Under the pieces are notes generated by a model. It was not told the origin of the DNA, ran no database searches, and was given only the letters and a program-made list of their open reading frames with translations. The translations under genes and the position numbers were made by a program. From a virus: a stretch of 17,595 bases of DNA. The first letter of the stretch is position 1; the number at the start of each line of letters is the position of its first letter. This document shows, one piece after another, positions 5,796 to 13,341 of the stretch. The DNA lies in the IMG/VR virus record IMGVR_UViG_3300045988_025712, positions 1 through 17,595 of that record. One strand, 5' to 3'.

Positions 5796-7529
5796 ATGGG
5801 AACCACTCCAGTGGTGACACCGAAGCAGCAGCTCCGCCCGCTCACCGAATTCAATAACGCTCAGATCTTGAACATGATTCGCAACGAGGCGTCACCGGAG
5901 TACCAGCGGCGAATGCCATCGGCTACTCAGATGAACATGGACAGGCAGATGGCTACGCTCATGTCGTCCACCCAGCTGAAGAACGAATTTTACTCGGCGC
6001 TGGTGAACCGCATTGGCGGCACCTACGTGAACACGTGGCGTTGGAACAATCCTCTCAGCGTTTTCCAGCGAGCATCGCAGGCGTATGGCGATACGTGGCA
6101 GGAAATCGCCGTCGGAATGCCGCTCGCGCAGGTCTATGACCCTAATGCGGAATATCTCGGCGCGGATAACTTCCGCAAGTGGAAGATCGACGTGGATTCG
6201 CTCTATCACCGTCTGGATTTCGCCCACTGGTATCCTGCGACCACGGATGACAGGACGCTTCAGCGTGCCTTCACTTCCGAAAACGGTCTGGCCTCACTCA
6301 CTTCGCAGATCCTCACATCCTGCTACAATGCGGCTGAAGTCGACCTTTTCGAAGCCTTATGCCACCAGTTCACCGAATATGCGAAGCTCGGCGGATATTG
6401 GCGCGTCCACATGAACAAAGACCTGAACAACATGGGCAGTTCGGAAACCGACGCCCGCGACATGTTGCGTCAGATCCGCGCGTGGGCCGACACGCTTAAA
6501 TTCGTGTCCACCAAGTACAACGCCCGACACATGCCGACCTTCGCTCGTCCGGACGAACTCGTACTGTTCTGTTCGCCGGAAGTCAAGTCGGCGCTTGACG
6601 TGCAAGGTCTCGCCACGGTGTTCCAGCGTACGGACGCCGAGCCGACTATCGACCGGATCATCGTCATTCCGCAGGACAGGTTCGGCATGGATGGTGTGCA
6701 GGCCATCCTGACGACCGATAAATTCCTGATTGATATTCCGGTCATCAATGAGATGACCCAGCAGATCAATCCGGTCAACATCAATTCGGTGAACCATTAT
6801 CTGCATGTCCAGCACATCATTTCAGTGTCCGGTTTCGCTCCGGCCGTGTTGTTCTGGACTGGAGCGGGTTCTACCGCCAACGTGGTGGCTCCCGCTGGCA
6901 CTCGGGCTCAGACGCCGGCATTCCAGCTTAAGCTTGGCATGTATGGCGGTGGCTCGCAAACCCCGGCCGATGTGGCGCGTGGCGGCGCGGTGCAGGTCGT
7001 TGCCGACACGACCGTCGCCAATGATGGTAACGCCACGTTCCGTTCCAACGCGGTCGAGTATCGCATTGGCGACACCGCCAAGCCGAAAAGCGATTACACT
7101 TACATTTCGCCTACCGGCGTGCTGGTGGTCGGCCTTGACGAACCGAACGTCACCATCCCGGTTACCGCAACCGCCTTGTATGCGGACCCGGCGACGCCGG
7201 AGGTGCCGGGCACCGTGTCCGCGGCTTTGGACGTGCCGGTGGTCGGAGACGGTGTTATCGGATTCAATCCGTCGATCATCGCGTCGATTGCCGTGACCGT
7301 TCCGACCGTGGCCGTAGGACATACGGCGCAGGCTACCGCCGTGGCGACCATGATTGACGGACGTACCGCCGACGTGACCGCACAGGCCGCATGGACGTCC
7401 GGCACTCCGGCGAGCGCCACCGTGTCCGAGTCGGGCGTGGTGACTGGCGTCGCGGCGGGCAGTTCCGACATTGCCGCCACGTTGTTCGGCGTGTCTGGAA
7501 AGAAGGGCGTGACCGTGACCAAAGAGTGA
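5796..7529 (+). CDS. Major capsid protein, phi29 gp8-like, with a C-terminal Big_2-type Ig-like domain
   Basis: The N-terminal blocks N.IRN...Y...P.AT and N.F..LVNRIG....NNPL..F match remembered phi29 gp8. The last ~78 aa (AQATAVATMIDGRTADVTAQAAWTSG...VTGVAAGSSDIAATL) have the Big_2 pattern. A second Ig-like segment probably precedes it. Confidence 0.9.
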   Translation: MGTTPVVTPKQQLRPLTEFNNAQILNMIRNEASPEYQRRMPSATQMNMDRQMATLMSSTQLKNEFYSALVNRIGGTYVNTWRWNNPLSVFQRASQAYGDTWQEIAVGMPLAQVYDPNAEYLGADNFRKWKIDVDSLYHRLDFAHWYPATTDDRTLQRAFTSENGLASLTSQILTSCYNAAEVDLFEALCHQFTEYAKLGGYWRVHMNKDLNNMGSSETDARDMLRQIRAWADTLKFVSTKYNARHMPTFARPDELVLFCSPEVKSALDVQGLATVFQRTDAEPTIDRIIVIPQDRFGMDGVQAILTTDKFLIDIPVINEMTQQINPVNINSVNHYLHVQHIISVSGFAPAVLFWTGAGSTANVVAPAGTRAQTPAFQLKLGMYGGGSQTPADVARGGAVQVVADTTVANDGNATFRSNAVEYRIGDTAKPKSDYTYISPTGVLVVGLDEPNVTIPVTATALYADPATPEVPGTVSAALDVPVVGDGVIGFNPSIIASIAVTVPTVAVGHTAQATAVATMIDGRTADVTAQAAWTSGTPASATVSESGVVTGVAAGSSDIAATLFGVSGKKGVTVTKE

Positions 7530-7535
7530 TATGAT
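7527..7535 (+). promoter_or_regulatory. Extended -10-like motif TGATATGAT overlapping the capsid stop codon
   Basis: The 14-mer GAGTGATATGATGG (7524-7537) differs at one position from GAGTGATATAATGG (9934-9947). GGGTAG follows at 7540-7545. Confidence 0.35.
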
Positions 7536-7580
7536 GGGAGGGTAGCCGGTTGGCTACTCTCTCTCACGGTGTGATGCAGG

Positions 7581-7623
7581 ACAAGGCCCGGAGCGCACTT
7601 CACGTGATTGCTCCGGGTCTTGT
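7581..7623 (+). terminator. Long hairpin (14-bp stem with one G-U, 15-nt loop) after the capsid gene; no U-tract
   Basis: I paired it by hand: 7581-7594 with 7610-7623. A second 9-bp hairpin lies at 7538-7559. It could be a partial terminator or an RNA stability or processing element downstream of the abundantly needed capsid message. Confidence 0.4.
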
Positions 7624-7635
7624 TCATACCGGAGG

Positions 7636-9939
7636 ATGATGATGATTGACGACGTTAACCCTTACGTGGAATCCAATTTTTCGTGGGCGGAATGGACACC
7701 CAACACCACATTGAAACTCTGCCGCGTCCCGTGGGACGCCTCGTATAGGGATGTAGTGCGGTTTGTTTCACGTGAGACGCAACAGGAATGGTTTAGCAAG
7801 GTGGATGGCGTGGAATGCAGGCCTGCCACTATGCATATTTTCGGCGCTCCCGTGCGGATCGACATGCCATTCAGCCAAGCGTCGAACTACAATTACCTCG
7901 TTGCGGTCAACGATTACCCCGAACTGGAATCGCCACGCGCATGGTATTACTTCATCGAATCTGTGGAATACGTCAACGCGCACACTACACAGCTCACGCT
8001 TATGTTGGACGTATGGCAGAGTTTTCAACATGACGTGACGTTTGGGAGCTGTTACGTGATGCGCGGGCATATCGGAGTCGCCAACGAACGCCAGTGGGAT
8101 GATTACGGGCGTACCACGCTTGCGCTCCCGGAGGGACTGGATACGGGCGCGGAAACCGTCATTGCCTCACAATCATATACGGCGCTGATGTCCAGCAAGC
8201 CCGCACGACCCGGCTTTAACTCACCGACCTTGGATTATGGTGTCATTGTCGTTGCCACGACCGACCTTGTGGCGTCGGGCGGCAGTGTTGAAAAACCGTC
8301 GCTGAAAACCGCGCAGGGATCACAATTCGAGAATCAATCCAATGGTGCGGGAATTTATTATTTTGATACCGCCGACGATTTTACGCGCGTCATGCAGGCG
8401 GGCAGTTCGTTCCCGTGGGTTACTCAGGGTATTACGGCGATTTACGCGATCCCGAAAATCAGCGCTGACTATCTAGCCGACGCGGGGCGTGAGGTAACGC
8501 AATTCTTTGGCGTCAGCGCGGTGGGTGTGATTGAGGGCCACGTATACACGTTCCTATGGGAGGCTAAGAGCGATAACCGGTATGATGATATTGTTTCCGT
8601 TAAGAATTTCCGCGATAATTTCAATATCCCGAGCCGGTACCGCAATCTGAAAAAATTGCGATGCTACCCGTATAGTGTTGTGGAATGCTCGTGTCTGAAT
8701 GGATCGAACGTCATCTATAGGCCCGAGGACATCCAGTCTCATGATTTGGTAATCCGTGAGACATGGAACTACGCGCCGCCATCCCCTCGTCTGAACTTCT
8801 ACCCAGTGGACTATAATGCTGGCGGCGCGGCCACGGTTTCCTCCCCGTCCGGGAATGGCGCCGGCCTGCCGATCGATGGCGGGGAAATGCTGAATGTCAG
8901 TTTCGGGATTACGAACTTTCCCCAGTTCATGGTGGTGAACAACGGGGCTTCGCTTGCTATGGCGAACGGCGCGTACGGTCGCGCTTACGCGGAGCAGTCG
9001 GCTGGGTGGGCGCAGCAAAAAGCGACCATGAGTGCCGCCAACACACTGTCTCAAGCCGGTACGGCAATTCGTACCCAGCAAGAGATGACCCAACTCGGTA
9101 TCACCAACCGTAATGCATTGAACGCCATTACGGCCAACTCGTTGAATCAGTCGTTGGCTATCGGACAGGCGAACACCAACGCCATGACCGACCTGAATAT
9201 ATCCCAGAACAACGCGCAGTCGGCGTTGGGGTTGATATCCAATGCCGGAACTTCGCTGATGAAGGGGGACGTGGCCGGACTGGTCGGCGGCACTGTCGGC
9301 GGCGTGGTGCAGAACGGCATTGTCAATACGGGGTTGCGCGCCGGTCGTGATATAGCCAACAACACGGCTGCGGCCAACACGGCCAACAGTGTGGCGACCA
9401 ATGCGGCGCAAACCTCGCAGGCGAACGCCTACGCGCAACGTGCCCAGCAGATTCAAGGCACGTCCAGCGCTTTGATGGCCGGGCAGAACTACCGGTTGGC
9501 TACGCGCGTTGCCGAGGGTGATTATGAAAACGCGATTGCGGGGATCAATGCGCAAGTGCAGCAGATGCAGATGACGCCGCCGACCACAAGCGGCTCGGCG
9601 GGCGGCGATTCGTTCAACCTCGCCAATGGTATCATGGGCGTGTTGGTACGTTTCCGCACGTGCGCCCCCAGCGCGTTGCGTTCGGTGGGCGAGTTCATGT
9701 TACGGTTCGGGTATTTTGTCCAGCGGTTCATTACCCCACCTGCGAGCCTGCAATGTATGGAGAAATTCACCTACTGGCAGATGCAGGAATGTTATGTTCG
9801 GGGCTCGTTGCCCGAGCAGGCGCGATTGACGATCAAGGGCATGTTTGAACGTGGCGTGACCGTGTGGGATAAGCCTGAGTATATTGGTGTGACCGATTGG
9901 GCGGATAACGAGCCGCTGCCGGGCATCGGCTACGAGTGA
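7636..9939 (+). CDS. Tail knob / distal tube protein, phi29 gp9-like, 767 aa, with a ~220-aa low-complexity insert
   Basis: The N-terminus LKLCRVPWDASYRDVVRFVSRETQQEWFSK parallels phi29 gp9 [30 protein letters not shown]. The position after the capsid gene matches. GGAGG is at 7631-7635, so the true start may be ATG 7639 or 7642. Confidence 0.8.
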   Translation: MMMIDDVNPYVESNFSWAEWTPNTTLKLCRVPWDASYRDVVRFVSRETQQEWFSKVDGVECRPATMHIFGAPVRIDMPFSQASNYNYLVAVNDYPELESPRAWYYFIESVEYVNAHTTQLTLMLDVWQSFQHDVTFGSCYVMRGHIGVANERQWDDYGRTTLALPEGLDTGAETVIASQSYTALMSSKPARPGFNSPTLDYGVIVVATTDLVASGGSVEKPSLKTAQGSQFENQSNGAGIYYFDTADDFTRVMQAGSSFPWVTQGITAIYAIPKISADYLADAGREVTQFFGVSAVGVIEGHVYTFLWEAKSDNRYDDIVSVKNFRDNFNIPSRYRNLKKLRCYPYSVVECSCLNGSNVIYRPEDIQSHDLVIRETWNYAPPSPRLNFYPVDYNAGGAATVSSPSGNGAGLPIDGGEMLNVSFGITNFPQFMVVNNGASLAMANGAYGRAYAEQSAGWAQQKATMSAANTLSQAGTAIRTQQEMTQLGITNRNALNAITANSLNQSLAIGQANTNAMTDLNISQNNAQSALGLISNAGTSLMKGDVAGLVGGTVGGVVQNGIVNTGLRAGRDIANNTAAANTANSVATNAAQTSQANAYAQRAQQIQGTSSALMAGQNYRLATRVAEGDYENAIAGINAQVQQMQMTPPTTSGSAGGDSFNLANGIMGVLVRFRTCAPSALRSVGEFMLRFGYFVQRFITPPASLQCMEKFTYWQMQECYVRGSLPEQARLTIKGMFERGVTVWDKPEYIGVTDWADNEPLPGIGYE

Positions 9940-9945
9940 TATAAT
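9937..9945 (+). promoter_or_regulatory. Perfect extended -10 TGATATAAT overlapping the tail-knob stop codon and positioned for a leaderless portal mRNA
   Basis: TATAAT is at 9940-9945 and the portal ATG is at 9952, a 6-nt gap. No SD lies in between. Confidence 0.4.
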
Positions 9946-9951
9946 GGCGAT

Positions 9952-10902
9952 ATGAGTAGGTCTAAGAGGAATCGGGTTGGCGGCGCGTTGCATCCGCGAG
10001 GGAATTACGCGAAGGCACGTGCCGCCAGTCTCGACTGGATGTATTATCGTCTGTTGGAAGAATTGGCGTTGAACCGGTTCAGTTGGCGCGGATTGCCGCC
10101 CACTGTGGACGAACGATGGCTCGAAATGTGTCTGTGCGAATACGGGTGCGCCCTATTCTTCGAGGACAAGCGTATTGGCAGGTTCCTCGTGACACAGGCC
10201 GGTTATCAGGGGCGGTTGAACGTCTATAATAATCCAACACGTTTTGAGCCGGTAGGCGTCAACTATCATTACAAACAGCTCAAGGCGGGCCGTGAGTGCA
10301 TTCCTGTTTGGGACAATCGTATGCGCATGAGTTTCAAGGATGTTCTATGGCAGTATGCGAGACGCCTCGCGGATATCGATAAGGCGTATGATGTGAATTT
10401 GGAGAGCCTGAAACTGCCGACCATTATCACCGCCGACCCGCGTACCAAGTTGACGGTGCAGAACATGTTGCAACAGCGGCAGGACGGTCAGGACTATATC
10501 ATCGGATACGACTCATTGGACCCCGGTAGCATGTTTCAGCCGTGGCCCAACACTACGCCCTACTTGTTGGATAAGTTCATCCAGCAGAAAGCGCAGGTGA
10601 CCAACGAGGTGCTGGGATATTTGGGTATCCAGTCGAGTGGTACGGAGAAGAAGGAGAGGCTGATCTCCGATGAAGTGGCGCAAGCCAATGAGAAGGTGGA
10701 CGTATTCCGTTTGGGTTTCCTTAAGGCACGGCAGGCGGCGGCGACTGAGATCAATCGACTGTGGCCGCAACTTGATGTCTGGGTGGAGTATGCCGACTCG
10801 CAATCGAGCGGTGTGCCCAACGCGCTGGATTCGAGCGCGTTGGGCACGACTGATATTGATATGCCCGCTTCATACGACGCGGGTATCGGAGGTGTGCTAT
10901 AA
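9952..10902 (+). CDS. Portal / upper collar connector protein, phi29 gp10-like, 316 aa
   Basis: The basic N-terminus (SRSKRNR) and L..L...F.W.GLPPT match. The block LGIQSSGTEKKERLISDEV matches phi29 gp10 LGIKNANLEKKERMVTDEV. The size and position also match. Confidence 0.9.
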   Translation: MSRSKRNRVGGALHPRGNYAKARAASLDWMYYRLLEELALNRFSWRGLPPTVDERWLEMCLCEYGCALFFEDKRIGRFLVTQAGYQGRLNVYNNPTRFEPVGVNYHYKQLKAGRECIPVWDNRMRMSFKDVLWQYARRLADIDKAYDVNLESLKLPTIITADPRTKLTVQNMLQQRQDGQDYIIGYDSLDPGSMFQPWPNTTPYLLDKFIQQKAQVTNEVLGYLGIQSSGTEKKERLISDEVAQANEKVDVFRLGFLKARQAAATEINRLWPQLDVWVEYADSQSSGVPNALDSSALGTTDIDMPASYDAGIGGVL

Positions 10903-11693
10903 TGCAGGATTTTAGCGCCTACGCTATGATGACACCCGGCGAGTGCACCGAAACCCTCGGTAATCTCGTTGCCATGGGATACGAGACGGACGATAAACTA
11001 CATCTTAGCGCTGACTATTATCCGATTTACGACGAAAGCCATCGCGCGGAGTTGAATGAGAAAATCGTCCGCCATTACGCGCTGCGGGAGATCGGGCAGG
11101 AAACCGCGCAACAATTCGTCTTCTATCTGGGGATGACGATGGCGGAAATCATGCCCTATTTCAATGAACGCTATCGGACGCTGGACATGGCATATAATCC
11201 ATTGGATTCCATGGATATGACGACGGACAGCGAGAGCGGCAGTGAATCCCAGTCCTCGGGTAAAGCGTCAAGTACGCAGGATTCGAACAGCTCCAGCACC
11301 AGCAAGTCGGATAATTCCAGCACCACCACATCGAAGAGCTTCGATAGTGACGTGCCGCAAACCGGCATACAAGGCGACTTTGCTCGATACGCGAGCCACG
11401 CGAACGAGTCACAGGCGGACAGCGCGGGCACGGCGTCCAGTTCGCAGGATTCAACCAGTCACACCACCGCGCAAAGCGCCACCGACTACCAGCATGATTC
11501 GAGCAATTCCAAGGGTAAGAGTCATGTGACAGGGCGTAGCCAGAGCGCTATGAGCCTGATTCAGGAATACCGGCAGGCGATTATCAATGTGGACATGGAA
11601 ATCGTGCGGAGTCTTGAGCCGTGTTTCATGCAGGTGTGGGGTTCGTATGATACCATTTTTAGCGACTGCCATAACTATGGAGAATGGGAGTGA
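10902..11693 (+). CDS. Lower collar protein candidate (phi29 gp11 position), 263 aa, with a Ser/Thr-rich central stretch
   Basis: There is a TAATG start-stop overlap with the portal gene, and GGAGG lies upstream. Size and synteny support the call. I recognised no diagnostic motif. Confidence 0.55.
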   Translation: MQDFSAYAMMTPGECTETLGNLVAMGYETDDKLHLSADYYPIYDESHRAELNEKIVRHYALREIGQETAQQFVFYLGMTMAEIMPYFNERYRTLDMAYNPLDSMDMTTDSESGSESQSSGKASSTQDSNSSSTSKSDNSSTTTSKSFDSDVPQTGIQGDFARYASHANESQADSAGTASSSQDSTSHTTAQSATDYQHDSSNSKGKSHVTGRSQSAMSLIQEYRQAIINVDMEIVRSLEPCFMQVWGSYDTIFSDCHNYGEWE

Positions 11694-11698
11694 ATATT

Positions 11699-13291
11699 AT
11701 GAGCGTCAATAATCCGACAATTCCGGGACTTATCCGGCCTATTGTGCCCACGTCGGTGCCGTTCGTGTATCGTGACGGCTTGACCATGCTTCAGTTGATT
11801 GAGTGCATCAAGCATGATCTGGACATGCTGCAAGAGTATGTGAACGGCGTCATGGATGACGTTAACAAGGCATTGGAGGATCAGACAACACAGAATCAGG
11901 ATACGTTGGACAAGGCGCAGCAGGCTGCGCAGGACGCCGCGGACGCCATCCGGCAAGCACAGGACGCGCTAAAGCAGTATCAGCAGATCGTAGCCAACGT
12001 CAATACCGCACTGAACACCGCCAACGTGGCTATTGACCGTCTGGGGGCGTTGGGCGTGACCGACTCCGAGGCGGCGACGAAACTTAAAAACACTATCGAG
12101 CGGACCGCAAACGATCTGACTGCACTTGAGGGGCGCGTTACCACCGCTGAGGGGCGCGTTACCACCGCTGAGGGCACGTTGTCCGACGTGCAATCGTTGG
12201 CGCAGACCAACAAATCGGATATTGCCGGAATTGAAGCGAATCTTACCGCATTACATGCCAATAGCGTCAGCGATGCAACCGGTCTGTACCATAAGATCGA
12301 CAAGAATTCCACCGGCATAGAACAGAACAGAGCGGCAATAGTGGAGGTAAATAACAATTTTAGTAATTTTATTCCTTTGCGAAGAACATATGAAAATATC
12401 GTAATTGTAGGAGATTCTATAACATACGGTACCGGAGCGTCATCAACGGCTAAGGCGTGGGGCAATCTTTTCAAGGATTATATCGGTGCGGAGTCGGTGC
12501 AGAATCTCGCGCAAAACAATGCGGGTTTCGTCAACGCTCCCACGTTCCTGTCGCAGCTTCAGGGCGCGTCCAATAAAGAGGCGGTTACGCACGTGATTAT
12601 CGCGGGCGGAGCCAACGACAAGCGAACCACCGACGCTCAGGTGACTGCCGCCGTGATCGATACGCTCAAGTACGCTCTGAAGAATTTCCCTAACGCCACT
12701 ATTCATGTGGCGCCGGTCGTGCTGGGCCTTCAGGGTATTTTCCGATACGACCGCGGCAATAGCGACGTGTGGAGTACCCTTAATGCGATTGAGGCCGGGA
12801 TCGCGCAGGTTTCCAACGTCCATGAAATCCGGTACGCATGGGAATGGCTCAATGGCCGTCAGGATTGGGCATCCATCTTCAACGGGACGCTCGACCTGAT
12901 TCACCCCAATGACAGCGGACAGCAGCAGCTTTTGAGGTTGATGGCTGAATCGCTGTTTACCGGAAACAGTATCCACAATAATTGGTCGGTCGGAGTGTCG
13001 GGCGCGGACAATCACGGGAACATCTCGCATGCGTCATCAACTTGCTCGAACGGTGTGTATGATTTTTCCGCACAGGTCACCGTGGTCAACAACCATCAGG
13101 CATATCAGGGCATTGTGAAAACTTGTTATGGACTGAGCATGGCCGATAATTTCCATGTCAACGCCTCGTATACCGGCGGGAACGTCTATGCGTCCACGGA
13201 TTTGGCGAATATGGGACTCATCTCATGTACGACCAACGTTCCCAATGATACTGAAATCTACATGACGGCACACCATTATATCGGAGCCTGA
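11699..13291 (+). CDS. Tail appendage / receptor-binding protein: N-terminal anchor, coiled-coil stalk, SGNH (GDSL) hydrolase domain and a C-terminal beta-rich domain
   Basis: It occupies the phi29 gp12 position. The SGNH blocks are IVIVGDSITYGTG (block I), IIAGGAND (block III) and LDLIHPND (block V, DxxH). Heptad-like A/Q/N/T-rich repeats lie upstream. ATG 11699 sits 8 nt after GGGAG; track ORF 11684 is the alternative start. Confidence 0.75.
   Translation: MSVNNPTIPGLIRPIVPTSVPFVYRDGLTMLQLIECIKHDLDMLQEYVNGVMDDVNKALEDQTTQNQDTLDKAQQAAQDAADAIRQAQDALKQYQQIVANVNTALNTANVAIDRLGALGVTDSEAATKLKNTIERTANDLTALEGRVTTAEGRVTTAEGTLSDVQSLAQTNKSDIAGIEANLTALHANSVSDATGLYHKIDKNSTGIEQNRAAIVEVNNNFSNFIPLRRTYENIVIVGDSITYGTGASSTAKAWGNLFKDYIGAESVQNLAQNNAGFVNAPTFLSQLQGASNKEAVTHVIIAGGANDKRTTDAQVTAAVIDTLKYALKNFPNATIHVAPVVLGLQGIFRYDRGNSDVWSTLNAIEAGIAQVSNVHEIRYAWEWLNGRQDWASIFNGTLDLIHPNDSGQQQLLRLMAESLFTGNSIHNNWSVGVSGADNHGNISHASSTCSNGVYDFSAQVTVVNNHQAYQGIVKTCYGLSMADNFHVNASYTGGNVYASTDLANMGLISCTTNVPNDTEIYMTAHHYIGA
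12128..12169 (+). repeat. Perfect tandem duplication of a 21-bp unit (GAGGGGCGCGTTACCACCGCT x2, plus a degenerate third start) encoding EGRVTTA EGRVTTA EG
   Basis: Direct reading shows 12128-12148 is identical to 12149-12169. One unit equals one coiled-coil heptad. Confidence 0.95.
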
Positions 13292-13302
13292 ACCGTAAGC
13301 CC

Positions 13303-13332
13303 ATACCCCGTCCGGTACGCCGGGCGGGGTAT
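13303..13332 (+). terminator. Hairpin (13-bp stem with one G-U, loop TACG) after the appendage gene; no U-tract; its 3' arm overlaps a TATACT -10-like hexamer
   Basis: I paired it by hand: 13303-13315 with 13320-13332. Confidence 0.4.
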
Positions 13333-13341
13333 ACTAATATC

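Noticed and set aside
7100-7627. 175-aa - strand ORF overlapping the 3' end of the capsid gene and the following spacer
   Set aside because: It is antisense to the Big_2 domain region. Its Ala/Thr/Val/Pro-rich translation is typical of GC-rich antisense frames, and it would read through two hairpins.
8554-9555. 333-aa ORF on the - strand, the longest antisense ORF in the window
   Set aside because: It lies entirely antisense to the low-complexity part of the tail-knob gene. Its product is Arg/Gly/His-rich with no motif. It has no SD or promoter context. It is explained by stop-codon depletion caused by the Q/N/A codon bias of the sense frame.
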